A stretch of DNA of 64,000 bases from Gemmatales bacterium (lineage in GTDB: Bacteria; Planctomycetota; Planctomycetia; Gemmatales; HRBIN36). The stretch covers positions 130,342 to 194,341 of the forward strand of contig JBEPZY010000009.1 of assembly GCA_041640595.1 (NCBI GenBank), in the 5' to 3' direction. Made by a program: the position numbers and the translations under genes. This document shows, one piece after another, positions 37,686-48,226 of the stretch; positions within the stretch are counted from its first letter, which is position 1, and every line of letters starts with the position of its first letter. Below the pieces are notes generated by a model, which was given only the letters and a program-made list of their open reading frames with translations, ran no database searches and was not told where the DNA came from.

Positions 37686-38939
37686 TTAGAGGGGGGACTG
37701 GTCAACAACCCGGCTACGCAGCCAGTCGCAAAGTCGCTCTAATAATCCTGGTCGTTCACACTCGACAACAGGCACGCAGACGCGAACTCGCTTGCACTGC
37801 CTTTCTACTGTACACACCGGCACCCGTTCGCATATAGTCACCGGAACATACTTCACACATTCTTCCTCGACCATGCGGCATATTTCGACCGGGATTTTCC
37901 GCACGCATTCTTCCTCAACCATTCGGGTGCGCTGGCATTTGACAATACGGGTGCGTTCCTGCGGTACCATCTTGCAGATGGTATAAGGTACATGGCGTAC
38001 GCGCTCCTCGCAAACCATCCGACAACGCCTCACCGGCACATAGCGCACCTGCTCCTCAGCTACCATCTTGCACACAGTATAGGGCACCTTCTTGACCGTC
38101 TGAATGGGTACTACTTTGCAAACTTGATAAGGAACTTTCTCCACATAGCACTGTTGCACGTAATAAGTAACTGGTACGTAATCAATTACCGTGCGGGGTA
38201 CCATAACCGTGCGGTAGCAGACTTGTGGTGGCGCCTGGCATGTAACAAAACGAGTAACTGGATGCTTATAACACGTGTGTCCGGTGTGAGGGTCCACATA
38301 GCACTGACCAGGCTCATGAATCGCCTTGGTATAGCAAGGACCGGGAACGGTGTATTGCTCAACGCGAGGTTCACACACCACGCGGCACACGGGCTGTTTT
38401 ACTGTAACAGGTTGTTGCACGGTGCGCAGGCAATCGCGATAGTGCGTTTCGACGACCGTTTGATAGTGGGTTTCAATAACGTCCCGATAATGAGTTTCGT
38501 AAACCGGTTTGCAGACGGTATATTTGCAGGCGACTAATTGTTCCTCCCAGACCGGTTTTTGCACTACCTCGCGGCATTCTCGATAATGAGTCTCCTGGAC
38601 CGGGCAATAGACAATGTATTTTTCTTCGCGTTCAAACTCTTCGCACACTGGTTTGCAGACCTTATAACGGCACTCCTGCCAGACCGTTTCGCGGACAGGT
38701 TTCTGCACCTTGTACCGGCACTCCTGCCAAACTGTTTTACGGACCGTTTGATAACAAACCTTGGGCTTCTCTTCCACGACCGTAATATAGCAGGCTTTAT
38801 AACGCACACGCGGATAGCAGACCGTTTGCGAGCAAGGCTCGCACGAACTAATCGCAGCACCGCAACTGGAAGCCCGTGCATAGTCATGGACGGCGACCAC
38901 CAAAGCAGCGGTCAGCCCCAGTGTAACCCAGTGCCTCAT
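37686..38939 (-). CDS. Secreted Cys/Val-rich YTV-repeat protein of the planctomycete type
   Basis: Signal peptide and many YTVCKPV/YTVCKMV/YKVCKPV-like repeats; AAGGAG RBS. Confidence 0.8.
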   Translation of the reverse strand: MRHWVTLGLTAALVVAVHDYARASSCGAAISSCEPCSQTVCYPRVRYKACYITVVEEKPKVCYQTVRKTVWQECRYKVQKPVRETVWQECRYKVCKPVCEEFEREEKYIVYCPVQETHYRECREVVQKPVWEEQLVACKYTVCKPVYETHYRDVIETHYQTVVETHYRDCLRTVQQPVTVKQPVCRVVCEPRVEQYTVPGPCYTKAIHEPGQCYVDPHTGHTCYKHPVTRFVTCQAPPQVCYRTVMVPRTVIDYVPVTYYVQQCYVEKVPYQVCKVVPIQTVKKVPYTVCKMVAEEQVRYVPVRRCRMVCEERVRHVPYTICKMVPQERTRIVKCQRTRMVEEECVRKIPVEICRMVEEECVKYVPVTICERVPVCTVERQCKRVRVCVPVVECERPGLLERLCDWLRSRVVDQSPL

Positions 38940-39420
38940 TTTCCTGGCTCCTTGTAAATCACTCCTCGCACGAAACCGGTGCCTTCCATGACCAACCGGT
39001 CGGTGCGTAATTCCAACGGCTTCCTGCCGATGCACTCAGCTATTTCTGCCAGCAATAAAATTTGGCCTGCGAAAAGATTTCCTGCAAAACTAAAACCTGT
39101 CAGCAATCGGGAAAAATAGCCATGATGGGTCATTGCGTAATCAGTGCATCGAGCGCAACGGTTGCAACGGTTCGGAGACGCGTATCGGGACGGTTTGCCG
39201 GTATCGTTTAGATGGGCCCGCTATGTTCGGTAATTTCGCTATCTTTGTTACGCCTGGCGTAGTTGCAATATCCTGCGTGATCTGCCCGGCGGCTGCTTGC
39301 GGTCGGCGACCGTAGCGAATATTTCGACTGGACAAGCCCGTCAGAAAACGTATATGGTATTAGCCGGGCAGGTGCTGCGAATTCTACCGCGCAGGCCGAA
39401 CGAAACTGGAGGAAACGAAC

Positions 39421-39678
39421 GTGAAGACTATCGTGTATGTGATGTTTTTGGCGCTGTGTGCGTTTCTGATCGTAGGTTGGTTTCTTGACTGGTACGCAGT
39501 GCAGGACATTCGCAGCACCCCGGGCAGGCACCGGTTGGAGATCGAAATAAACACGGAGAAAATCCAGCAAGATATCGAACGAGGCCGGAAAAAGCTCGAA
39601 GAAACGTGGAGGCGAATGCAGCAACCCGACACTCAGGCTTCGCAGGCCCATTTGAGCCTGAACCGGGCAGAACGTTGA
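39421..39678 (+). CDS. Small single-TM hypothetical protein
   Basis: GGAGG RBS, GTG start and an N-terminal hydrophobic helix. Confidence 0.6.
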   Translation: MKTIVYVMFLALCAFLIVGWFLDWYAVQDIRSTPGRHRLEIEINTEKIQQDIERGRKKLEETWRRMQQPDTQASQAHLSLNRAER

Positions 39679-39953
39679 TTGCCGGGCATTGTCTCTGTTA
39701 TAACGAACTCGCGAAGCCGAGGTTGCAATAGCGAAGCGCGTTGCCAGCGGTTGCCTGGCATGGAAGCGTGCAGAATCGCAGCATCGTGGGAAGTTGCTGC
39801 TCCCAGGAAGCTGATGCACTCCGTTGCGGTATGTCCTACGCCGTCCTTGAAACCTGGCTGCCGTTGCTAGAGTATTCTTATGAGCAGTGGGCTACGAAGA
39901 TAGGGCAGGACGTCTTTGCAGGAAAGGCTACGCGCAGAGACGGGAGGAGAACG

Positions 39954-41867
39954 ATGCACGGTAAAAGGGGTTTATTTTCGCTTCTCGGCACTACTTGCCT
40001 GTGCCTGGCTATTGTAGCAGCGTTGGGTGGCGGTGAACCCGCATCTCAGGGGAGCAAGCCTGAAGTTGTGCCCGACGTGAGTTTGCGGGACTTAAGCGGC
40101 AAGGCATGGTCATTGAGTGCCGCGTGTGCAACTCACAAAGCAGTGGTGCTGGCGTTCATTTCGGCGGAATGTCCGATGGTCGGCTATTATGTGCCCGTTC
40201 TGGCCGACCTGGCGAAAGTTTACAAACCACGAGGTGTGCTGTTTGTGGCCGTTTGCAGTAATCCACAGGAAACCGATGATGCGCTCCAGGAACTGGTGAA
40301 GGAATTTCAGGTTCCGTTTCCCATCTGGCTGGATAAAGAACAGAAGCTGGCGCGTGCAACGGGAGCCAGCATAACACCGGAGGTAGTCCTCCTCAGTCCG
40401 GAAAGGCGGATACTGTACCGCGGAGCGATTGACGATCGGTATTACGCCAGACTGAAAGCCCGTCCGGTCATCACGCGACAGCACTTGAAGGTCGCCCTCG
40501 ATGAATATCTGGACGGCAAACCGATAAGTGTGCGGGAAACCAAAGCCTATGGCTGCGAAATTGTCTTCGCCGAATCGAAAAGCCGCCCCGGCAGCCAGGC
40601 GGAAAACACAGTAACTTACTACCGCGATGTTTTGCCGATTTTGCAGAAGCATTGTCAAGAATGTCATCGCCCGAACAACGTAGCTCCGTTTCCGCTCATG
40701 ACTTACCGCCAGGCAGTGAAATGGGGGCCGGATATTAAAGAATTCACGACAACTCGCTGGATGCCTCCTTGGCGCGTGGCAGAGCCGAAGCACTATTTCC
40801 AGAACGAACGGCGTATGTCGGATGCAGAGATCCAGACCCTGGCACGCTGGGTGGAAGCCGGAATGCCCGAAGGAGATCCCAAGGATGCTCCACCGCCGCG
40901 CACCTGGAGCGACGACTGGTATCTCGGCAAACCGGATCTCGTGCTGGAAGTGCCGGGCGAGATGGTGATCGGGCCCGAAGGCCGCGACCTGTTCCGCTGC
41001 TTTATCCTGCGACATCAGCTAAGCGAAGATAAGTACATCAAGGCGTTTGAAGTACGGCCTGGCAATCGCCGGGTGGTGCATCACACACTCAACATGATCA
41101 TCCCCAAGGGCATGGCCGATGCTCTGGAGCAAGAAGAACAAAAACGTCCCAAGCACCCGGAAGGTTACGATACCGGTCCGGGCTACACGGTGGCGATGGG
41201 ATTCGGTCGCGGAGTTATTCCACGGGGTGGCTTCGGTGGCTGGGCCCCGGGATTGTTGCCGCATTACCTGCCTCGAGGTGTGGCCTACTACCTGCCGAAA
41301 GACAGCGACATTCTCCTGCAGGTGCACTATCACCGCACGGGCAAGGTTGAGCGCGACCGACTGCAAATTGCCCTGTATTTTGCCAAGCCAGACGAAGTAA
41401 TCACGCACCGTCTGCAAACGCTGGTTTTGACTGGTCGGTTTCTGTTCATTCCAGCCGGGGCCAGCAATTTCGAGGTGCAAGGCCAGGTGTGGTTAGACCA
41501 GGATGCGACTATCCTCAGCGTCCTGCCCCACATGCACCTGATCGGAAAGGATATCCGCGTAACTTACACCGTGCCTGGCGGAGAGGAAAAGACGCTGCTC
41601 TACATAGACCGCTGGGACTACAACTGGCAGGAGACCTATTTCCTGAAAGAACCGCTCCGACTGCCTGCCGGTACGCGGCTGGACGTGGTCGCCCATTATG
41701 ACAACTCCGCGGACAATCCCAATAACCCCAACAATCCGCCGCGGCCGATAATTTTCGGCGAGCAAACGACCGACGAAATGTGCTTCGTGTTTCTGGGTGC
41801 GATCAGCGACCAGCCTGGGCGCATTCGTGTCCGCACCCGTCCTCCGCAACCGACGAACAGTCCGTAA
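39954..41867 (+). CDS. Redoxin domain, c-type cytochrome and copper type II monooxygenase-like fusion protein
   Basis: AECP redoxin motif, CQECH heme motif, VVHH, QVHYH, PHMH and DEMC copper ligands. Confidence 0.82.
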   Translation: MHGKRGLFSLLGTTCLCLAIVAALGGGEPASQGSKPEVVPDVSLRDLSGKAWSLSAACATHKAVVLAFISAECPMVGYYVPVLADLAKVYKPRGVLFVAVCSNPQETDDALQELVKEFQVPFPIWLDKEQKLARATGASITPEVVLLSPERRILYRGAIDDRYYARLKARPVITRQHLKVALDEYLDGKPISVRETKAYGCEIVFAESKSRPGSQAENTVTYYRDVLPILQKHCQECHRPNNVAPFPLMTYRQAVKWGPDIKEFTTTRWMPPWRVAEPKHYFQNERRMSDAEIQTLARWVEAGMPEGDPKDAPPPRTWSDDWYLGKPDLVLEVPGEMVIGPEGRDLFRCFILRHQLSEDKYIKAFEVRPGNRRVVHHTLNMIIPKGMADALEQEEQKRPKHPEGYDTGPGYTVAMGFGRGVIPRGGFGGWAPGLLPHYLPRGVAYYLPKDSDILLQVHYHRTGKVERDRLQIALYFAKPDEVITHRLQTLVLTGRFLFIPAGASNFEVQGQVWLDQDATILSVLPHMHLIGKDIRVTYTVPGGEEKTLLYIDRWDYNWQETYFLKEPLRLPAGTRLDVVAHYDNSADNPNNPNNPPRPIIFGEQTTDEMCFVFLGAISDQPGRIRVRTRPPQPTNSP

Positions 41868-41906
41868 CCGTGTCGGCCCTGGCCCAGCGAAAGATATCGG
41901 AGGGAC

Positions 41907-41934
41907 TTGCCGAATTCGGCCGAGGCGGTATGAT
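41907..41934 (+). promoter_or_regulatory. Putative promoter of tRNA-Asp
   Basis: TTGCCG-N16-TATGAT ending 12 bp upstream of the tRNA. Confidence 0.5.
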
Positions 41935-41946
41935 ATTGGTGCAATC

Positions 41947-42020
41947 GGGGGCGTAGCTCAACTGGTTAGAGTGCCGGACTGTCGATCCGGAGGTTGCGGG
42001 TTCGAGTCCCGTCGCCCTCG
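41947..42020 (+). tRNA. tRNA-Asp(GTC), CCA not encoded
   Basis: Acceptor stem GGGGGCG/CGCCCTC, D arm TAGCTCAACTGGTTAGAG, anticodon arm CCGGA-CTGTCGA-TCCGG, T arm GCGGG-TTCGAGT-CCCGT. Confidence 0.97.
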
Positions 42021-42103
42021 CTGCTGATTTAATGCCCGAACAGGTGTGGGCGGGCGAGTGCCTGGCCCTTTTCTTTTTGTACCGACAAGCGAGCGAGGAA
42101 ACT

Positions 42104-42346
42104 GTGGCCAAGAGACGATTACTTCCTGGTCGGAAACAGCGTTGCCGCTTTTGCACCCCGCAGGGGTGTCCGCGTCCGATCTTCGTGGACTTCAAAGACA
42201 CCACAGGTTTGAAACGTCTGATGACCAGCCAGGCGAAAATCCTGCCTCGTAAACGCACTTACCTCTGCGCTGCCTATCAGCGTGCCATTAGCCGGGCCAT
42301 CAAACGTGCTCGTTACATGGCTCTGCTGCCTTATGTCGGAGAGTAA
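42104..42346 (+). CDS. rpsR: 30S ribosomal protein S18
   Basis: CRFC...VDFKD...KILPRKRT..CAAYQR....AIKRARYMALLPY; GTG start after GAGG. Confidence 0.95.
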   Translation: MAKRRLLPGRKQRCRFCTPQGCPRPIFVDFKDTTGLKRLMTSQAKILPRKRTYLCAAYQRAISRAIKRARYMALLPYVGE

Positions 42347-42360
42347 CGGCTGGGCGAGCC

Positions 42361-43359
42361 ATGAGTTTTGTGCCGCTGGTCGAGGTGTTGCGCAATGATC
42401 GTGTGGAGAGTGTGCACTATGGTGCCTGGGCAGTTTGCGACACCAAAGGGAAAGTTGTAGATGGGCGAGGCGACGCTCAGGTAGGCTTTTACTTGCGGTC
42501 CAGCGCCAAGCCGTTTCAGTGTGCCACCGTAGTCCACGTAGGAACGGCATCACGGTTTCAGCTGAGCGAGGCGGAACTGGCCGTGGTTTGCGCATCGCAT
42601 GGTGCCGAGGAAATACATCTCCAGACGGTGCGCAGCATCTTGCGGAAGTGCGGACTGGACGAAACGGCTCTGCAATGTGGGCCGCATTTGCCTTTGCACT
42701 TTCCCAGCCAGGAACGATTGCTGCGCAGCGGACAAAAGCCATTGCCGATCCATAACAACTGCTCCGGCAAACACGCCGGGATGCTTGCCGCCTGCCGGCA
42801 TCAAAACTGGCGGACGGACGATTACCCGAGCCCGGATCATCCTTTGCAACGGGCAAATCTAGCCACGGTGGCGATCTTCAGCGGGCTGAACGAGAAAGCG
42901 ATTGGTGTGGGCACGGATGGCTGCGGTGTGCCGAGCTATTACTTGCCCCTGGCTCATCTGGCAACGGCGTATGCACGTCTGGCGAACCCGGACAGTTTAC
43001 TTCGGGACTGGCGAAGCGCTGCGGAAACGGTCGTCGGTAGTATGTGCCGGCATCCGCGACTGGTGGCTTATGACGGACATTTCAACACCCAGTTGCTGGA
43101 ACATCTGGGTCATCAGTTAGTGGCTAAGGGTGGCGCGGAAGGGGTTTTCGCGGTAGGAATTCGGGGACAGGGTTTGGGAGTGGCGTTGAAGATCAGCGAT
43201 GGTACCAGTCGGGCCATACCACCGCTAGTAGTGGCTTTGCTGGAAAAGCTGTTGCCGGAAACGAAACTCGATACGCTGCGACGTTTGGCTTTTGCTCCGC
43301 TGACGAACACCCGTGGCGAAGTGATCGGGGCGATTCGGCTGGCCAGGAATGCAGTTTGA
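42361..43359 (+). CDS. L-asparaginase II (Rhizobium AnsA-type) family protein
   Basis: RSSAKPFQ, CASH, NNCSGKH, DGCGVP, AKGGAEG and KISDG. Confidence 0.9.
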   Translation: MSFVPLVEVLRNDRVESVHYGAWAVCDTKGKVVDGRGDAQVGFYLRSSAKPFQCATVVHVGTASRFQLSEAELAVVCASHGAEEIHLQTVRSILRKCGLDETALQCGPHLPLHFPSQERLLRSGQKPLPIHNNCSGKHAGMLAACRHQNWRTDDYPSPDHPLQRANLATVAIFSGLNEKAIGVGTDGCGVPSYYLPLAHLATAYARLANPDSLLRDWRSAAETVVGSMCRHPRLVAYDGHFNTQLLEHLGHQLVAKGGAEGVFAVGIRGQGLGVALKISDGTSRAIPPLVVALLEKLLPETKLDTLRRLAFAPLTNTRGEVIGAIRLARNAV

Positions 43360-43362
43360 CCC

Positions 43363-45336
43363 ATGCCGAGCCAACCAACTGCTGTCTGGGAAACTGAAGA
43401 CACGACGATTTACGACGTGCAAACCAGGGCCGCAGGGCCACCGGGACGTTTGCCGCTGACGGAAGAGATGTTGCGTACTTGGCCCAGTGGTGATCTGTTC
43501 GGTTGGACGCAGGATGTGGGTATGGGCCTGGACCCAGCACGCCTGGGTGCAAAAGAGTTCCTGATTCTCAGTACGCATGGCGGGATGCAATCTGGGGATG
43601 GCCGACCGTTAGCGCTGGGCTATCACACGGGGCATTGGGAAGTGCACTTGCAGGTGCGTGCGGCAGCCGAGGAGTTCCAGCGACTGGGCTGCATTCCGTT
43701 TGCCGGGTATGTTACCGACCCATGCGATGGCCGGACGCAAGGCACGCCCGGCATGATGGACAGCTTGCCTTACCGTAACGACGCGGCGATGGTGTTGCGG
43801 CGATTGATCCGATCGTTGCCAACGCGAAAGGGAGTGCTCGGGATTGCCACCTGCGATAAGGGCCTGCCAGCTATGTTGATGGCAGTGGCGGCCATGCACG
43901 ATCTGCCCTGTGTGGTTGTTCCTGGCGGGGTTACTTTGCCGCCGGAGCAGGGTGAAGATGCCGGCAAGGTTCAAACTATCGGGGTACGTTTCGTACACGG
44001 CCAAATCACGCTCGAAGAAGCCGCGATAGCTGGTTGTCGGGCCTGTGCTACACCGGGAGGAGGATGTCAGTTCCTGGGAACAGCGGCAACGGCACAGGTG
44101 GTCGCGGAAGCACTGGGATTGACTCTGCCTCATGCGGCGCTGGCACCTTCTGGCCAGAACGTCTGGTTAGACATGGCCCGGCGGTCTGCGCGTGCGTTAT
44201 GGCAGCTGGAGAAGCGAGGGATTACCACGCGGCAGATTTTGACCCAGGCGGCTTTGCGAAACGCCATGGTCGTGCATGCGGCGTTCGGCGGTTCGACAAA
44301 CTTGCTGATTCACATTCCGGCCATCGCATTTTCTGCGGGACTGGAACGGCCCGGCGTTGAGGATTGGATTGCTATCAATCACAGCGTTCCGCGGCTGGTG
44401 GATGCTTTGCCGAACGGTCCCGTGGGACACCCGACAGTTCGCGTGTTCCTTGCCGGGGGTGTGCCGGAAGTAATGCTGCATTTGCGAGAACTAGGCCTGA
44501 TCGAAGAAAGTGCCCTGACCGTAACCGGTGAACCGTGGGGACGTATTCTCGATTGGTGGCGGAGGAGTGAACGCCGAAAACGATTTCAGGAACTACTCGT
44601 CGAACGCGACGGGGTAAGTCCCGAAGAAGTCATTTATTCGCCGCAAAAAGCACAGCAACGCGGATTGACCAGCACGGTTGTCTTTCCTCGCGGCAACCTG
44701 GCTCCGGAAGGGAGCGTGATCAAGAGCACGGCGATAGACCCCAGCGTGGTGGATGAAAACGGCGTTTATCGCCAGGTCGGCCCGGCCCGTGTGTTCATCC
44801 GCGAGCGAGATGCTGTTGCTGCTATCAAGGGGCAACAGGAACGGCCAATTCGGCCTGGAGACGTGCTGGTGCTGATTTGTCGTGGGCCTTGCGGCGCGGG
44901 TATGGAGGAAACCTATCAGGTTACCGCAGCGTTACGTCATCTGCCATGGGGCAAACATGTGGCGGTGCTGACGGATGGCCGATTTTCCGGCGTATCCACG
45001 GGAGCATGCGTTGGACATATTTCTCCGGAAGCGCTGGCGGGCGGGCCGATTGGCAAAGTGCGCGACGGCGACATGATCCAGATTGTCATTGACCGGCAGC
45101 GCCTTGTCGGTCAGGTGGATCTGGTTGGGGAAAACGGCCAGGTGTTGGGCATCGAAGCTGGGAATCGCATTTTGTCCTCGCGCAGCCCCCGCGCTGACCT
45201 TTCGCCCGATCCGGATTTGCCGGCCGATACCCGACTTTGGGCGGTTCTGCAACAGGCTAGCGGCGGCGTCTGGCAAGGGTGTGTTTATGACCCGGAACGA
45301 ATAGCCAGGCTCCTTGCCTCTGCCAGTTCCGGCTAG
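43363..45336 (+). CDS. YjhG/YagF family D-xylonate dehydratase (IlvD/Edd superfamily)
   Basis: [31 protein letters not shown] and [11 protein letters not shown]. Confidence 0.9.
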   Translation: MPSQPTAVWETEDTTIYDVQTRAAGPPGRLPLTEEMLRTWPSGDLFGWTQDVGMGLDPARLGAKEFLILSTHGGMQSGDGRPLALGYHTGHWEVHLQVRAAAEEFQRLGCIPFAGYVTDPCDGRTQGTPGMMDSLPYRNDAAMVLRRLIRSLPTRKGVLGIATCDKGLPAMLMAVAAMHDLPCVVVPGGVTLPPEQGEDAGKVQTIGVRFVHGQITLEEAAIAGCRACATPGGGCQFLGTAATAQVVAEALGLTLPHAALAPSGQNVWLDMARRSARALWQLEKRGITTRQILTQAALRNAMVVHAAFGGSTNLLIHIPAIAFSAGLERPGVEDWIAINHSVPRLVDALPNGPVGHPTVRVFLAGGVPEVMLHLRELGLIEESALTVTGEPWGRILDWWRRSERRKRFQELLVERDGVSPEEVIYSPQKAQQRGLTSTVVFPRGNLAPEGSVIKSTAIDPSVVDENGVYRQVGPARVFIRERDAVAAIKGQQERPIRPGDVLVLICRGPCGAGMEETYQVTAALRHLPWGKHVAVLTDGRFSGVSTGACVGHISPEALAGGPIGKVRDGDMIQIVIDRQRLVGQVDLVGENGQVLGIEAGNRILSSRSPRADLSPDPDLPADTRLWAVLQQASGGVWQGCVYDPERIARLLASASSG

Positions 45337-45419
45337 TTCTCCTGCAAAAACTTTTCCTGGTCTTGCGACGTCATAACACTGGGTCAGTAGCAAGATCGGC
45401 CAATGTGCAGGAGCAAACC

Positions 45420-48203
45420 ATGACGCGACGCATTCGTGGCTGGCCTTGGGTTGCCCTGGGCTTAGCCGTCTGCGTTTTGCAGATGCAGCCTCGTCCCGAA
45501 GCCCGGTCGCAACCATCGTCGGTGAAAAGTCAACAGATGGGCCAAAATTCCGATACCGATAAAACCGCCGTGGCTAAGGACGAGACGTCGGCCCGCCAAG
45601 TTGCTCTTCAGGCAAAGGAGGTGCTGGTTAGATACTGCCACAGCTGCCACGGACGGGATGGTTCCGCGGAAGGTGGGTTCAATTATGCGACGGATTTACA
45701 ACGGCTGGTGCAACGGCGAAAAGTTATCCCCGGCCAACCGGAAGCCTCGCCGCTTTTCCGGAAAGTCGCCAGTGGCAAAATGCCTCCCGTGGATGTCGAA
45801 CCTCGCCCAACGGAGCGAGAAATTGCCATTCTCAAGCAGTGGATCGCTGCTGGGGCTACCCTACCGGAAGTTCCGTCCAGCCGAGCGTGGGTCAGCGACA
45901 CCCAGATTTTCCAGGTCATCCTAGCCGACCTCGAAAAGTTTCCGCCTCGCACTCGCCGATTCCTGCGCTATTTCACGCTCCACACGCTTTACAATGCCGG
46001 GCTAGCCGACGACGAGCTGCAGACCTATCGCGTGGCGGTAAGCAAATTGATCAACAGCCTCTCCTGGCATCCGGAAATTACCCGTCCCGAAGCCATTGAC
46101 GAGAACAAGCTCGTTCTGCGAATCGATCTGCGCGATTACTTCTGGGATGCAACCTTGTGGAACCGACTGCTGAGCGAATATCCGTATGCGATAGAAAGCG
46201 ACAGTGTGGCAGGGCGAATCGTGGCAGTGCAAACGGCTTGTCGGTTGCCCGTGGTGCGTGCGGATTGGTTCCTGGCGACGGCGTCGAGAGCTCCGTTGTA
46301 CTACGAACTGTTGCAATTGCCCGCGACGGCTCAGGAATTGGAGAGACAGTTACGGATAGACAGCCTGCTCAATATCCAGCAGCTGCGAGTGGCTCGGGCG
46401 GGTTTCAACAATTCCGGCATCGCACGCAATAACCGCCTGATCGAACGCCATTACGCCGCCCACGGAGCCTACTGGCGAACGTATGACTTCGAGGAAATTC
46501 CCGCGTCGCTGGTCGAACGCAGCAACCTCGTTCCCGATCGCCGAAACCTTTTTGCCTACCCGCTTGGGCCGGGAAATCTCGAAAATCAATTCCTGCATGC
46601 CGGTGGGGAAATCATCTTCAATCTGCCGAACGGCTTGCAGGGTTTCATGCTCGTCAATGCCCGCAACAAACGGATCAACAAAGGGCCTGTTCAGCTGGTA
46701 AGCGATCCCAAACGCCCCGACCGGGCCGTCGAGTGTGCGGTATCGTGTTTCGGATGCCACTACACGGGTATCCTGCCTAAATCCGACCAGATTCGTGCCT
46801 TCGTGGAACAAAATCAGAAACATTTTTCGCCCCAGGATGTGGAGACTATTCGCGCGCTTTATCCGCCGGACGCAGTCATGCGCAAGCTCATGGAGAAAGA
46901 TATGGCCCGGTTTCGCCAGGCCGTTGAAAAAACCGGCGGACGCATCACCGCTTCCGAACCGATTCTCCTGGCCACGCTGCGTTACGAGGCCAACCAGGAA
47001 CTGGCTGCGGTAGCCGCGGAAGTTGGCCTTCCTCCCGAACGGTTCAAACAAAAACTGCAAGAGCTCTCCAGGCATGCGGCAAACGATTCTCCGGCTGCAA
47101 CGATCAGCCGCAACTTCGGTGCACTGCTTCTGCCTGACGGCAACGTAAGCCGGGCCTTGCTGGTTCAAGCCTTTGGCGACCTGGTGCAACAATGCCGTGG
47201 TCGTCGGCTGCTCAATACCCAGAACATTTCCAGTACGCTGCCCGACAACACAGGCGAACTTGATCCGTTGCAGGATTTATCGGCGACCGTTCATGCGGTG
47301 GCATTCAGCAAAGATGGCAGGCGGGCATTGCTCGCCGGGGCCGACAAGACGCTCCGCTTCTTTGATGCCGAGCAGTTTCGCGAAACTCGCCGTCTGATTG
47401 GACACACGGCTTCCGTATGGTCCGTGGCTGTCTCGCCGGATGGGCGATGGGCGGTCTCGGGCGGTGCCGACAATGTTGTCCGCTTGTGGAACCTGCAGCA
47501 ACTTCGCGAAGAAAAGCCGCTGACGGCTGGCCATACGGGACTGGTGGCCGCTCTTGCATTTTCCGAAGATGGTCAGCGAGCGATTTCCGCGGGCTGGGAC
47601 AAACTGCTGATCCTGTGGGAAATTCCATCCGGCAAAGAGTTGGCACGCTGGCCTATTGACGGATACGTCGCTGCGTTGGCAGCTCTACCACGAACTTCCC
47701 GCCTGGCCCTGGCTGCGGGCAACGAAATCTGGTTATTCGACCTGCGTGATGGCAAGCGACTCGGCCAGCTGAGCGGACATCGGGCACCGGTAATTACCCT
47801 GGCTGCGTCTTCCGATGGTCAGCATTTGGCCAGTGCTGGGGAAGATGGTTCCGTGTTGATTTGGTCGAGCACGGGAGGTCAACCGAAGTGCACGTTGAAT
47901 CTCTCACCGCTGCTCTCGCAGGATGCTGTCTGCACAAGTCTGGCGTGGGCGGAAAACAATGAATGGCTGGCAGCCGGCACGCAATCCGGGCAGGTTATCG
48001 TGTGGCGTTTTGCCGGGAATAAAGCGGAGTTGCTCGGAGTTCGACAAGTCCATGCCGATGCCGTGGTCGGCTTAAGTTGGGTCAGCCAGCCACCACAACC
48101 ACTTGGCAAAGGCACCGACGTGGTTATCATTTCCATAGACCGAACCGGCCAGGCCAGGCTTACTCCACTGTCCCGGCTAGCGCAACCGGAACCGGCCAGG
48201 TAA
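45420..48203 (+). CDS. Planctomycete-type cytochrome c domain protein with C-terminal WD40 repeats
   Basis: CHSCH...MPP...WIAAGA, a second CFGCH motif, and several GH...WD-like repeats. Confidence 0.85.
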   Translation: MTRRIRGWPWVALGLAVCVLQMQPRPEARSQPSSVKSQQMGQNSDTDKTAVAKDETSARQVALQAKEVLVRYCHSCHGRDGSAEGGFNYATDLQRLVQRRKVIPGQPEASPLFRKVASGKMPPVDVEPRPTEREIAILKQWIAAGATLPEVPSSRAWVSDTQIFQVILADLEKFPPRTRRFLRYFTLHTLYNAGLADDELQTYRVAVSKLINSLSWHPEITRPEAIDENKLVLRIDLRDYFWDATLWNRLLSEYPYAIESDSVAGRIVAVQTACRLPVVRADWFLATASRAPLYYELLQLPATAQELERQLRIDSLLNIQQLRVARAGFNNSGIARNNRLIERHYAAHGAYWRTYDFEEIPASLVERSNLVPDRRNLFAYPLGPGNLENQFLHAGGEIIFNLPNGLQGFMLVNARNKRINKGPVQLVSDPKRPDRAVECAVSCFGCHYTGILPKSDQIRAFVEQNQKHFSPQDVETIRALYPPDAVMRKLMEKDMARFRQAVEKTGGRITASEPILLATLRYEANQELAAVAAEVGLPPERFKQKLQELSRHAANDSPAATISRNFGALLLPDGNVSRALLVQAFGDLVQQCRGRRLLNTQNISSTLPDNTGELDPLQDLSATVHAVAFSKDGRRALLAGADKTLRFFDAEQFRETRRLIGHTASVWSVAVSPDGRWAVSGGADNVVRLWNLQQLREEKPLTAGHTGLVAALAFSEDGQRAISAGWDKLLILWEIPSGKELARWPIDGYVAALAALPRTSRLALAAGNEIWLFDLRDGKRLGQLSGHRAPVITLAASSDGQHLASAGEDGSVLIWSSTGGQPKCTLNLSPLLSQDAVCTSLAWAENNEWLAAGTQSGQVIVWRFAGNKAELLGVRQVHADAVVGLSWVSQPPQPLGKGTDVVIISIDRTGQARLTPLSRLAQPEPAR

Positions 48204-48226
48204 GCCATCCATCCAGGGAGCCAAAC

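Noticed and set aside
41947..42100. tRNA-Asp as an integration site for a genomic island
   Set aside because: No integrase and no duplicated tRNA 3' end were seen; it is followed directly by rpsR.
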